This document shows positions 8,618 through 18,393 of a stretch of DNA of 64,000 nucleotides, piece after piece (the stretch's first letter is position 1; every line of letters begins with the position of its first letter). A program made the position numbers and the translations under genes. The notes under the pieces were generated by a model. The model was not told where the DNA came from. It saw only the letters and a list, made by a program, of their open reading frames with translations, and did not search any database. This DNA is from a virus. The stretch lies in IMG/VR virus record IMGVR_UViG_3300021964_000015. The stretch is one strand, 5' to 3'.

Positions 8618-9532
8618 ATGAGCGAATTCCGTATGGACGAGGCTGGGCTGTTCCTTGAGCGCCAGCTTGAATACATCCGTCCCCAAGTATTTGAAGTCGA
8701 ATATGCCGACATCAAATATGCAACTATTCTGCCTGTGACTAGCGAAGCTGGTCCTGGTGCACAAACTTTCACCTATCGCATTATGGATGCGACTGGTGAC
8801 TTTAAGCTCATTTCTGACGCTGCTGATGATCTGCCGCGTGCTGATGTGAGCCAAACCGAGAAGAGCATCAACATTCGTTCTTTCGGTGGTTCGTTTGGTT
8901 ACACGGTGCAAGAGCTTCGTGCAGCACAAATGGCCAATGTGGCTCTTGAGCAACGTCGTGCTGCTGCAGTGCGTCGTGCTTATGAGGAGAAAGTGGAAGA
9001 AATCGCCATGTTTGGTGAGTCTTCTGTTGGCCTCGTGGGCTTCTTTAACAACCCCACTGTTGACGTTGTGTCGGCTGATAAGTGGTTCACTGGCGCTACC
9101 GCCACTGGCACCACTGCACAAGACATGCTGGATCTGCTGAATGAGGGCGTGACTGCCATCATCAATGGCTCCAACATGAAGGAGCAGCCTGATACCATCC
9201 TGATGGCATGGGAAGATTACAACCGCATTTCTATCACTCGTAATTCCGACTCTTCGGACATGACGGTGATGGAATACTTCCTGCGCACCAATCCATTCAT
9301 CCGTAATATTGAGCCCATCAATGAGCTTGATTCGGACAAGAGCAGCCTGAGCAAGAACCGTATGGTCATCTATCGTCGTGACCCCGGTAAGGTGCAACTG
9401 CACATTCCTCAGCCTCTGGAGCTGTTCCCGCCTCAACAGCGTGGTCTGGAATTCATCGTTCCTGCTCATGCTCGTGTGGGTGGCGTTTCTCTGTACTATC
9501 CGAAGAGCGTCATTTACATTCAGGCTCCTTGA
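8618..9532 (+). CDS. Major capsid protein (DUF2184, HK97 fold)
   Basis: FLERQLEYI.PQVFEVEY, GYTVQELRAA, GFFNNP, PQQRGLEFIVP..ARVGGV..YYP; strong SD AGGAGG upstream. Confidence 0.88.
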   Translation: MSEFRMDEAGLFLERQLEYIRPQVFEVEYADIKYATILPVTSEAGPGAQTFTYRIMDATGDFKLISDAADDLPRADVSQTEKSINIRSFGGSFGYTVQELRAAQMANVALEQRRAAAVRRAYEEKVEEIAMFGESSVGLVGFFNNPTVDVVSADKWFTGATATGTTAQDMLDLLNEGVTAIINGSNMKEQPDTILMAWEDYNRISITRNSDSSDMTVMEYFLRTNPFIRNIEPINELDSDKSSLSKNRMVIYRRDPGKVQLHIPQPLELFPPQQRGLEFIVPAHARVGGVSLYYPKSVIYIQAP

Positions 9533-9599
9533 TAAGCCATTTATTGGCTTTTAAAAAAAGGACGGTTAGGCTAAGCAGCAGTTCTTTAGAACATCGCAA

Positions 9600-9986
9600 A
9601 TGTTTATCGCCTACCGTCCTGAACTTGAGAATCCGCCGCGAGAAGCCAGTTTTGGGGTGATTACGAAGCTTGGCGTGATCAACCTTGCTCCTGGTTTAAA
9701 CCAGGAAATTCCTGATGATCAATGGGAGGAAGCAAAAACGAACCCTACTGTTCAATCGCTTCTTCGCATTGGGGCAATTGAAGAAATGAAAGAACCAGTA
9801 CAAGTGGAAACTATTCCCAAGTCTGCTGAAAATCTTTCTCAACTTCCATTGACTCAAGCCATCCAGGCCATTGAACTTCTTCACGATGAGGAGAAACTCC
9901 GAGATTGGAAGAAGATTGAAGGTCGAGTGAGGGTGCGTAATGCAATCAATCGTCGTCTTGAAGCAATTCGCACAGGAAAAGCATGA
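9600..9986 (+). CDS. Hypothetical head-associated protein
   Basis: ORF between capsid and adaptor genes; ATGA coupling to the next gene. Confidence 0.6.
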   Translation: MFIAYRPELENPPREASFGVITKLGVINLAPGLNQEIPDDQWEEAKTNPTVQSLLRIGAIEEMKEPVQVETIPKSAENLSQLPLTQAIQAIELLHDEEKLRDWKKIEGRVRVRNAINRRLEAIRTGKA

Positions 9987-10297
9987 CAGTCACCTATTCT
10001 GGCTTTTTAGAGCGCTTCCCTGAATTCAGTCCCCATCCATCGGGAATTGTGAACGGCGCCATTGAAAGTGCTACAGCTGATGTTTCGTCTGACATCTTTG
10101 GTGATCAAACTGACAGAGCTGTTCGTTTTCTTGCTGCTCACATTATTGCCATTCAACTTGCACAAATGGGCGTCATGATTGGCGCAACAGATGGCAAGGC
10201 ATATGGCAAAGGCTTAGATGCCACGTTGTATGGACAAGAATTTAAGCGTCTCACTGAAACTGCCTCAAATGCTTCAATTATTGGCTTTGTCGTTTAA
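9983..10297 (+). CDS. Head-tail adaptor (DUF4054-like)
   Basis: FLERFPEF...LAAH...TLYGQEF pattern. Confidence 0.75.
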   Translation: MTVTYSGFLERFPEFSPHPSGIVNGAIESATADVSSDIFGDQTDRAVRFLAAHIIAIQLAQMGVMIGATDGKAYGKGLDATLYGQEFKRLTETASNASIIGFVV

Positions 10298-10686
10298 TGA
10301 CTAATCCTGCTCCGCCATTAGCTAATACCACTCTTGTATTTGCAGTGGCAAGCGGATATGCTGTTGATTCAGCCACGGGTAATTACGTTGAAATCACTGA
10401 TGATGTAACGTATTACGCGACATTGAAGCAAGTTAGAGACACTCGTTACGAACAGCGGATTGGGGCTGATGAAACTGCCATCTACATGAAAGGCAGATTA
10501 GTTAGCCCTCTAGCATTTTCGGGAGTGCCCCCTGGCAGTGTGGCTAAAGCCATCATTGAAAATCAGGAGGGGCGTTTTGAATTACTCCCTACGACCGAAA
10601 TGACTGACCATTACCGTCAGTTTTTGGGCACACCCATCCACGGCTACTTTAGAGTTGTGGGAGTAGGAAGTGTCCTTAATCGTTAA
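10297..10686 (+). CDS. Putative head closure protein
   Basis: Synteny and size; TAATG coupling. Confidence 0.5.
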   Translation: MTNPAPPLANTTLVFAVASGYAVDSATGNYVEITDDVTYYATLKQVRDTRYEQRIGADETAIYMKGRLVSPLAFSGVPPGSVAKAIIENQEGRFELLPTTEMTDHYRQFLGTPIHGYFRVVGVGSVLNR

Positions 10687-10709
10687 TTACGCTCCTTCGC
10701 ATTGTTTCA

Positions 10710-11288
10710 ATGGCTATTCAACATCCCACTCAGATTATTAAGAGTCAGGACACCATTGTTTATGTTGGTGCCCTGTCTGGCGCCACTCGTCCTGCAATTA
10801 CGCCTGCTGTGGCTGGTGCATTCTCTCGCCCCACTTCCGGCGTGCCTGCCAACATGTACTTCCTTGGTGGCGTTACCAACGCTTCCGTGTCGTTCAATGA
10901 TGGTGAGCAGGAATACTACCTGCTGGGCAATGGCGGCTTCGCTGACAGCGTGAAAGTGACTCAGCGTTGCCAGGCTTCCATCACTTCCTACTTCCAGAAA
11001 GACCTGGATGGCAGTGCTATTGATGACACCGCATTTGACGAGGCAATGGACCTTGTGTTGCGTGGTCGCACTGAAAAAGATTTTGAGCTGTATGTGGAGA
11101 TCTTCAAGTTTCTTGGCGGTCAAACCTACGATCTCACTTGCTTTGCTGGCACGGTGATGAACTACAGCGAAAGCTATCCTGCCGACAATCTGGTAGAGAC
11201 CACTTTTGATCTTATGAGCCGAGGTACTTATGGCGTGGGTCGCTGCACTATTTCTGGTGGCATTCTGCCTACTGAGCCTAATTCCTGA
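10710..11288 (+). CDS. Major tail tube protein
   Basis: 192 aa, biased codons, tube-like C-terminus (VMNYSESYPADNLVETTFDLMSRG); followed by a terminator. Confidence 0.7.
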   Translation: MAIQHPTQIIKSQDTIVYVGALSGATRPAITPAVAGAFSRPTSGVPANMYFLGGVTNASVSFNDGEQEYYLLGNGGFADSVKVTQRCQASITSYFQKDLDGSAIDDTAFDEAMDLVLRGRTEKDFELYVEIFKFLGGQTYDLTCFAGTVMNYSESYPADNLVETTFDLMSRGTYGVGRCTISGGILPTEPNS

Positions 11289-11310
11289 TTTATAGACAGA
11301 TAGATCGCCA

Positions 11311-11334
11311 AGCCCCCCAAAAGGGGGCTATTTT
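11311..11334 (+). terminator. Intrinsic terminator
   Basis: AGCCCCC-CAAAA-GGGGGCT followed by ATTTT. Confidence 0.7.
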
Positions 11335-11361
11335 AATGAAAGGTATAGCCATGCGGAAAGA

Positions 11362-11769
11362 GTGAACATCCTTGAATTTCGCGACACGATTTCCAAGCTT
11401 CTCGCGGATTTGCTTGGTGTTTACACATTGCCCAATAATGCGACAGTGCCTGCATTATGGGTGGATGGAAGGAGTGGAGTGCCAAAAGGATGGAAGGTGC
11501 AAGGACTTGAGGCATCAATTAAGCAGTATCCTTCAAGGGCAAGTAGGCCATTGATGGGAATGGTGGAAATGCGCAAGTCATGGGAGCTTGTGCTTTCGCA
11601 GTATGATCCAGCTAGTGAAGATATGGACGAGGCGATTGATCGCATTTTGCGGCATTTTCCTGATGCAACGTTACAAGGGTTTCCTTCTAGTGATAGAGAA
11701 TATCAGTATGCACGATTTATTGTGCCTGATTTGGAAATTGCCACTCAATACATGATTAGGGAAAGATAG
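11362..11769 (+). CDS. Putative tail terminator/completion protein
   Basis: Synteny and size only. Confidence 0.45.
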   Translation: MNILEFRDTISKLLADLLGVYTLPNNATVPALWVDGRSGVPKGWKVQGLEASIKQYPSRASRPLMGMVEMRKSWELVLSQYDPASEDMDEAIDRILRHFPDATLQGFPSSDREYQYARFIVPDLEIATQYMIRER

Positions 11770-11771
11770 GA

Positions 11772-12218
11772 ATGGCTGGCATTGCACGTATTGTTGGCAC
11801 CAAGGATGTAGAAGCGGCTTTGGTGCAAGCGTTTAAAGAATGGACAGAAGATGTTAATGATATTTATTGGAGGGAGCGTTTTGAGAAAAAATACAAATAC
11901 GAGGGAGAGTCTACCACCAGAAAAAATGGAGAAGTGGTTGGCGATCCGCGAAACATTTTGGACACAGAAGCGCTTTATGAAAGCGGGGTGGAATCCTATG
12001 AATACCGCTCAGAAGTAAATGGCGCAAGGGCTGATTGGCATTGGGACGCCAAAAATAGTAGCGGGGAAGAATATGCGTGGTTTGTTCATGAAGGACAGGG
12101 GCCGTATTCAAGAGAACCTCGCAGGTGGACGGATGAGATGGCGTCTGAATATTTGTTTGAAACCAGTAATGTGAAAAGAGACTTGATGAGCAAAATTGAA
12201 AGCAAGCTAAATGGCTAA
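11772..12218 (+). CDS. Putative tail completion protein (HK97 gp10-like)
   Basis: PRNILDTEAL, YAWFVHEG, PRRW motifs. Confidence 0.6.
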   Translation: MAGIARIVGTKDVEAALVQAFKEWTEDVNDIYWRERFEKKYKYEGESTTRKNGEVVGDPRNILDTEALYESGVESYEYRSEVNGARADWHWDAKNSSGEEYAWFVHEGQGPYSREPRRWTDEMASEYLFETSNVKRDLMSKIESKLNG

Positions 12219-12477
12219 CCCTCCCATCGACTATCTAAAAAGCGCCAATGGAGAGGTGCATGTTATTAATGCATCTGTTGATGGTCCCACGTTAGAAGCT
12301 GGTATTTTGTGCGTGATTTCTTTCGCTGAAACCACCATTAGAATTTCAAACGAACACCATTCGTTCTTAATTGAACTCCCGGAAGACGTAAGAACCAAAG
12401 GCGAACGTCTGAAAGCATTTAACGTGCCGTTGGCAATTTTAAATTATGAGCAAGTACAGCTTCCTGTTGGCCTCTAA
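12211..12477 (+). CDS. Hypothetical protein
   Basis: ORF overlapping both neighbours at its ends. Confidence 0.55.
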   Translation: MANPPIDYLKSANGEVHVINASVDGPTLEAGILCVISFAETTIRISNEHHSFLIELPEDVRTKGERLKAFNVPLAILNYEQVQLPVGL

Positions 12478-12991
12478 AGAGGCAGAATATTTTGAACTGA
12501 CGCCTGTATTGCGACTGCAGCGTCATGGTGGATGGTTGGTGGCGGAAAGCATTGAGCAAGAAGAGATTTCAAAAGCGCAAAGTCAAAATACGATTAAGGC
12601 TGTGCAATTAGCAAAGAAAATTGCAGCAGCGAAAGACATTGCTTTAGATGAAGCATTTGAGATGCTTCAAGGTGGCGCTGGTTTTTCCGAAAGCGAATTG
12701 CTGTCGGAGTATACGGAAGAAACTCTTTCGATGATCACATCGGGAGGATCTGCTGAATATGGCAATGCAAAGCTAATCACTGCTTTTTTGCGTTGTCGCG
12801 GTGAAGGACTTATTGGTGAAGAGTGGCAGCCCTTGAATGACTGGACCATTGAAGACACCAAGGCAATGACACGTGATTTGCAAGCGAAGATGCTGGAGTT
12901 TATTGCTGACGAGCAAGATTCGGAGGTGAAAGCAGCACAAGCAAAAAAATCGAGGAAGAAGGCAACGCAGGAAGCGTTGCCGAACGAATAG
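12446..12991 (+). CDS. Tail assembly chaperone (lambda gpG equivalent)
   Basis: Upstream of tape measure; slippery heptamer near 3' end. Confidence 0.75.
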   Translation: MSKYSFLLASKEAEYFELTPVLRLQRHGGWLVAESIEQEEISKAQSQNTIKAVQLAKKIAAAKDIALDEAFEMLQGGAGFSESELLSEYTEETLSMITSGGSAEYGNAKLITAFLRCRGEGLIGEEWQPLNDWTIEDTKAMTRDLQAKMLEFIADEQDSEVKAAQAKKSRKKATQEALPNE

Positions 12992-13416
12992 AGAAACGGG
13001 CTAGGGGCTTTTTAAAAAGCCTCACTGACTGGAACGCAATTTTCTTCAGGCTTAATGCTTCTTCATTAAAGGGAAGTCGTTGGTCTGAGGAGAATTTTTC
13101 CAAGCAAAAAGTAAAAGACGTGTTGGCCGCTTTAAAATTTTTAGAGCGGCACGATCATAATCAATACAATTTGCATAGCGTTTCTGTTGCCAAGATGGCG
13201 ACAATGGTTGCTCATGCATTGGGAGGAAAGAAGGTGAGTGTAACGCCTGATGACTTCTTACCATTTGACACTCGTCGGCTTAAGAAAGAAACTGGCATTA
13301 CAGAAGAAAGTGCAGCAGTATTGAAGCGTTTGATGAAAACGCGGAAGATGGATACAAGAGTGGTGTCTATGTTGGCTGAAGAACTTAAAAACGCATCAAT
13401 GCGCAATGATGAATAA
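12943..13416 (+). CDS. Tail assembly chaperone -1 frameshift extension (gpGT equivalent)
   Basis: A_AAA_AAA at 12943-12949; the -1 frame is open from there (IEEEGNAGSVAERIEKR...) into listed ORF 13120-13416. Confidence 0.75.
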   Translation, partial: KKIEEEGNAGSVAERIEKRARGFLKSLTDWNAIFFRLNASSLKGSRWSEENFSKQKVKDVLAALKFLERHDHNQYNLHSVSVAKMATMVAHALGGKKVSVTPDDFLPFDTRRLKKETGITEESAAVLKRLMKTRKMDTRVVSMLAEELKNASMRNDE

Positions 13417-13468
13417 TATGGCAGCAAATTAAAGCTACACTTAAGAGAAGAATGTTGTAAGCGCAGTA

Positions 13469-16400
13469 ATGGCGGCGGAACTTCGGCTTGGCGTAGCTTT
13501 TGATCTCGTATATTTTCGTCAACAGCTTAAAAAGCTTGGCCGCATTGCTGCATCAGAATTTACTGCGCCCATTAAGATCAAGCTTGACAGGCGAGTTATT
13601 GATTCTGAGCTTAATAATTTACAAAGAGCGATAAAGCGCCGCAAATACAATATTGAGCTTAACATTGCAGGAAGTTTATCGAAGAAGACTTTTGAAGATT
13701 TGCAGGAGCGCTTAGATGCGCTTAGCAAGCGAGATAAGGTCGAAATTCCGCTAAGTATCAAAAACGGAATTCAAAAGAAGGATATTGATAAAACTCTTGC
13801 AGCTATTCGCGGTCGTATCAATCAGCACAAGACGCTGCGTGATGGCAAGATTGACATTGGCGTAAGTATTCAACCTAGTATTACAAACAAAGATGTTCAG
13901 GACGTAAAAGACGCAGCAAAAGAAAAATTAGATAAACTTACTGCTCTTGAAATTCAAAGCAAGATCAAGACGCCCAACCTAGAGGCTCTTTTAAAAGCGC
14001 TGAAAAAGAATTTAAACCGGCAAGATCCTTTGTCCGCGAAGGTAGTAATTAAGCCGCTTAGTGTAGCGCCTCCTCTAAAGGCGCTACAAAAGGATTTAAA
14101 CGCGCAAGAACCTCTATCTGTAAAAGCAATAGCTAAACCTGCTACGCCTGCCATTTCAAAGGCAGACGTGGCCGCGTTTAAGAATGAAATTGAGGAGAAA
14201 CTTTCTGGCATTGTCGTAAAAGTTAAAGCCGATATTCAAGGTGGTTTTGCCGCTGGTCCTGCTGGCGCTGCTGGCCTGTATGAATACATGCGCACACAGG
14301 GACTTTCTGGAGGGAATGTTCCTGGCGCAGTAGAAGTTGGACGAGAAGAGCGTCTTAGGAAGGCGTTGTCTGAATACACTGTCAAACAACTTCAGCAACT
14401 TGCAAGGGAACAAGATATTTCTGGAGTTTCTCGACTTAGGAAAGATCCTCTTATTGATCGGCTAATTGCTGATTTAAATCAAGATGTTGCAGAAGGTTTG
14501 CTTGGTAATATTAAAAACCAAATGAGGCAACAGGGTGGACAACCCATCCGCAGAAGCTTTTTAGATCAAATTGCAAGAGCCATTTTCTACATGGCAGGAG
14601 TGGATCCTGCGTATTTAAGGCAGCAAGCCGCTCAACGCAGGGCTCTTCCTGGAATTAACTTCCCTGCAACAGTCCCGCCTGGCCCTGGCATTGGACCATC
14701 TGGCTCTGGAAGGCTATTGGTTGGTGGAGCGAGCCCAAGAGGTCTTCCTGGTACTGCTTTTGGTGGCAAAGGATTTTTGCCTCCTCAATTAGGAGTGGAG
14801 CTTAAAGAGATTTTAAGAGACGCAGCGAGTGCTTTTGTTCAATCGCTGATGGCACAAGTAAGAAAGGTTTCAGTTAGAGACCTTGGAAGGCGTGCACTTC
14901 CTGCGCTTCCTGGCGCTTCAATGCGAGGCTTGCTTCCTAGTGCAGTTGGTCGCGCCCCATCATTGTATGGACAGTCTTATGCGTCCAGTGTCCAAGATCG
15001 AATTGCGCAGGCTTATCAGCGTTCGGCATTACGTGGCGCTGCTGTCATGGCAGAAGGTCCACGTGGAGGAATTTTAGGGGCAGGTGGAAGTGGAGCTGCT
15101 GGACCTTACCGTCCTTTTGCACAAGGTCAGCCTGGAGGAGCTATTGTTCCTTATCGTGCACCATCGTACAAGGCTGCATTTGACGATTCTCGAAGTGCTC
15201 AAATAAGCGAGGCGTTTAAGGGTGTCAATCAATACCTAGGAAAAGGCCGCGTGCCGTTGACGGGTGCAATTAGTGAACTTACTTCCGAATTTGGCAATGC
15301 CGTCAAGCAAGTGTTGCTGTTTGGTACGGCATACAAAGCGCTTGCATTCTTGACTTCATTGCCAGGAGAAGCTTTTAACGCAGCAAAAGGACTTGAGACT
15401 TTTAGGAATCAATTAAACGCAGTCACCGAAGGGAGCGGGCAGTTTGGTGCATCGTTGAAGTTTATTGAGAATGCAGTTGCACAGTTAAATGTGCCTATCA
15501 ATAGTGCCCGAGAAGGTTTTACTCGCCTTTATGCATCGCTAGAGCCATCTGGTTTTGATCCTGAAACCATTCAGCGTTTGTTCACTGGGATTACGGAAGC
15601 TTCTGCAACATTTGGCTTAAGCGCGGATCAAGTGGATAGGGTTTTCTATGCATTTGGTCAAATGGCTAGCAAAGGCCAAGTGATGTCCGAAGAGCTTAAA
15701 GGTCAGCTCGGTGATGTACTACCTGGCAGTGTTGCTTTGTTTGCCGAGGCGGCAAAGATGAGCATGACAGAATTTACTGCTGCCATGGAAGATGGTGCGT
15801 TTAAGGGCGAAGGCATGAAGGTGCTGCTTGAAAACGTGGCAACTTTAATGAGTACAAGGTTTAGTGACGCCGCCACAAAGGCATCACAAACTTTGCAGGG
15901 TCAAGTGAACGCGATGCAAAATGCATTGCAGCAAATGTACGAGCAGTTTGGGCCTATTGTTGATGCTATTGCCTCAGCATTTGGTCCACAGATTTTGGGG
16001 ACCATTCAAGCGGCTACAGACGCCATTCAGGCGTTAAATCTTGAAGTGGAAGAAGGTGGTGAATATTTTAAATTAATGAGCCCTCAGGCTCAGGGATTTT
16101 ATAAGATACTTCAATCACTTAAACCTTCAATTGAAGGTGCGGCGAGGGGAATAGGAGAGTTTGGTTCTTCCTTGGGCATCTTTATCGGTCCATTGATTAC
16201 GGCTTCTAAGCTTATTCTTGATTTTATTAGCATTCCATTCGTTGGCAGAGTCGCACTTTACACTGCTACATTGGCGTTGCTAACTTCTGGCTTCCAGCTG
16301 CTAGTAAAAACAGGAATTGTGCAAGCTATTGCTGCAGTTGTTCGATTTATTGCAGTGCTAAATGTTGCTCAAATTAAGATTTGGGTTGCAGGCATTCAAA

Positions 16401-18031
16401 GTGCAATTGCTTCATTGTTTGCAATGGTTGGAACGCTCAATAAGGCAACTATTGCTGCAAAATTAGCCACGGCTGCAACAGTTGGATTCAAGCTTGCTCT
16501 TGTTTCTTTGGGAGTGGGGGCAGTAATATTTGTATTGGATCTTGTTTTACAGAAGATGCTTGGCATTGGCAATGCCATTGACAATGCAAAACTTAAGACA
16601 CAACAGTTTAAGGAAGAGCTTGCTTCTGCTGCTGCATTTGGGGACACCGCTGTACTAAGCGCAAAATATACAGAGGCAGAACAGGAAGTCACCAATATTC
16701 AAAACAGAATCGCAGAGTTAGAGCGTAAAAAGCAACAAGGCACAGGATTGAGGCTGGCAGGTATTCAAGAGCTTGGAAGATTAAAGCAAAGCCTCCCTGA
16801 GGCTTTAAACAAAGCGGGCCAAGCAAAAGAAGCTTTTGAAGAAGGGACTAGGGTGGCCCTTAATAGGGAGCGCCAGAGGAAAAATGCTGAGCGCGATTTA
16901 AAAGATGTGCCACTCGCTCCGTCAGATAAGAAGGGACCAAAAGCAAAACGCCTGACGCCAATGGGGTTGATTGAGCTGACCAAACAGCTCAATGCAGCGA
17001 AAGAAGAAGGAAGAATTATTGATGAAATTGAATATCAATATAAGATTGACGTATTAAAGGCAAGTCAAGAAACAGAAGATATTGCGCGAAGGGAAATTGA
17101 CTTGGAGAATGCAGCCTCTAAGAGAAGAATGGAATATGGAAAGCTGGGCGAAGACATTGGAAGGCAAAGTGCACAGCAGCTTATTGAAGAATCAGAAGGT
17201 CGCAAGGAAATTGCACAGATTCAAAACGAGCAGAAATTTGCTGCTGGCGAGATAAATGCAAAAGAATATGAGCGCGTAAAGTTCCTTGCGGAACAAAGGG
17301 ACTTGTTGGAAGATTTTGGCAACATCCCTGGTGTAACAGACGAGCAAAAATCCTTATTTGAAAGGCTACTTGGAAAGATTCCAGAGCCTGGTACTATTGC
17401 AGCAAAAGTTAAAGAAATCAAGGATGAATTTGACAATCTTGCAGACAGCACTAATGTAATTTCCACTGCTGCTGTTGGCATTGGCGAATCCTTCTCCAGA
17501 GCATTCACTGACATTTTGACAGGGGCTCAAACATGGAGAGACGGTCTTGCTGGTGCATTTAAGAGCGTGGCAGGATTATTTGCAGATTTAGTCGCTCAAA
17601 TGCTTGCCAAATGGGCAGCGCTGCAAATTCTTGGCTTGTTCTTGCCAGGACAAGAAGGCTCAAGCTTGACTGCCGGAATTAAGCAGTATCCTCTTGTCGA
17701 AAGCGCCAATGGCAATGTTCTTCGTGGTGGTTTTGCCGCGTTCGCAAATGGCGGCATGGTAACAGGCCCCACTCTTGGTCTTGTTGGTGAAGGTCGTTTT
17801 AATGAAGCAGTGGTGCCACTTCCTAATGGCAAGAGCATTCCAGTGGATCTTGGTGATGGCGCAGGTAATAATATTTCCACTAACATTGTGGTCAATATGA
17901 ACAACGGTCAATCGTCTTCTAAAGTTACTGGCACTGGCAGTCAAGCCTTTGGTCGTGAAATTGAAGGCGCTGTTCGCAGTGTCATCCTTAAAGAAACTCG
18001 CCCAGGTGGCATTATTTACGGCTCTAGGTAA
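13469..18031 (+). CDS. Tape measure protein
   Basis: 1520 aa; tape-measure domain (AFGQMASKGQVMSEELKGQLGD), hydrophobic middle, lambda H-like C-terminus (FANGG..TGPT..LVGE...EAVVPL). Confidence 0.92.
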   Translation: MAAELRLGVAFDLVYFRQQLKKLGRIAASEFTAPIKIKLDRRVIDSELNNLQRAIKRRKYNIELNIAGSLSKKTFEDLQERLDALSKRDKVEIPLSIKNGIQKKDIDKTLAAIRGRINQHKTLRDGKIDIGVSIQPSITNKDVQDVKDAAKEKLDKLTALEIQSKIKTPNLEALLKALKKNLNRQDPLSAKVVIKPLSVAPPLKALQKDLNAQEPLSVKAIAKPATPAISKADVAAFKNEIEEKLSGIVVKVKADIQGGFAAGPAGAAGLYEYMRTQGLSGGNVPGAVEVGREERLRKALSEYTVKQLQQLAREQDISGVSRLRKDPLIDRLIADLNQDVAEGLLGNIKNQMRQQGGQPIRRSFLDQIARAIFYMAGVDPAYLRQQAAQRRALPGINFPATVPPGPGIGPSGSGRLLVGGASPRGLPGTAFGGKGFLPPQLGVELKEILRDAASAFVQSLMAQVRKVSVRDLGRRALPALPGASMRGLLPSAVGRAPSLYGQSYASSVQDRIAQAYQRSALRGAAVMAEGPRGGILGAGGSGAAGPYRPFAQGQPGGAIVPYRAPSYKAAFDDSRSAQISEAFKGVNQYLGKGRVPLTGAISELTSEFGNAVKQVLLFGTAYKALAFLTSLPGEAFNAAKGLETFRNQLNAVTEGSGQFGASLKFIENAVAQLNVPINSAREGFTRLYASLEPSGFDPETIQRLFTGITEASATFGLSADQVDRVFYAFGQMASKGQVMSEELKGQLGDVLPGSVALFAEAAKMSMTEFTAAMEDGAFKGEGMKVLLENVATLMSTRFSDAATKASQTLQGQVNAMQNALQQMYEQFGPIVDAIASAFGPQILGTIQAATDAIQALNLEVEEGGEYFKLMSPQAQGFYKILQSLKPSIEGAARGIGEFGSSLGIFIGPLITASKLILDFISIPFVGRVALYTATLALLTSGFQLLVKTGIVQAIAAVVRFIAVLNVAQIKIWVAGIQSAIASLFAMVGTLNKATIAAKLATAATVGFKLALVSLGVGAVIFVLDLVLQKMLGIGNAIDNAKLKTQQFKEELASAAAFGDTAVLSAKYTEAEQEVTNIQNRIAELERKKQQGTGLRLAGIQELGRLKQSLPEALNKAGQAKEAFEEGTRVALNRERQRKNAERDLKDVPLAPSDKKGPKAKRLTPMGLIELTKQLNAAKEEGRIIDEIEYQYKIDVLKASQETEDIARREIDLENAASKRRMEYGKLGEDIGRQSAQQLIEESEGRKEIAQIQNEQKFAAGEINAKEYERVKFLAEQRDLLEDFGNIPGVTDEQKSLFERLLGKIPEPGTIAAKVKEIKDEFDNLADSTNVISTAAVGIGESFSRAFTDILTGAQTWRDGLAGAFKSVAGLFADLVAQMLAKWAALQILGLFLPGQEGSSLTAGIKQYPLVESANGNVLRGGFAAFANGGMVTGPTLGLVGEGRFNEAVVPLPNGKSIPVDLGDGAGNNISTNIVVNMNNGQSSSKVTGTGSQAFGREIEGAVRSVILKETRPGGIIYGSR

Positions 18032-18037
18032 TTAATC

Positions 18038-18391
18038 ATGGCGCAACCAACATTCACCCTCGAAGTCGAATACGGCTTAACAGCACGTAGAGGCACTCGC
18101 GTTAGACGAGTGCAATTTGGCGATGGTTATGAGCAAGTGGTGCCAGATGGTGCCAATACAGACTTGCGTTCATATGACATCACGACAGTACCCATCACTG
18201 ACGCACAAGCACAAGCATTAGATGAAGACTTGGCTGCATTGTCTGGTGATTTTTTCTATTCTCAATTCTTTCAAGATGATGCCGTTTATAAGTATCGCCT
18301 TGATCCAAACGAATGGGCATGGGAAAGCAGGGGTCCTGATGTTAATGTGATTTCATTCACCTGCAAGCGTATTTACGATTTCCGGGATTGA
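18038..18391 (+). CDS. Distal tail protein (lambda gpM-like)
   Basis: VRRVQFGDGYEQ..PDG.N motif. Confidence 0.85.
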   Translation: MAQPTFTLEVEYGLTARRGTRVRRVQFGDGYEQVVPDGANTDLRSYDITTVPITDAQAQALDEDLAALSGDFFYSQFFQDDAVYKYRLDPNEWAWESRGPDVNVISFTCKRIYDFRD

Positions 18392-18393
18392 TA

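Noticed and set aside
8030-8620. Read-through fusion of scaffold, cement and capsid genes (same frame)
   Set aside because: TAA stop for the first, tandem TGA TAG plus a strong SD for the second.
7385-9469. 694-aa antisense ORF
   Set aside because: The scaffold, cement and capsid genes share one frame and avoid TTA/CTA/TCA codons, so the antisense frame lacks stops; the translation is not protein-like.
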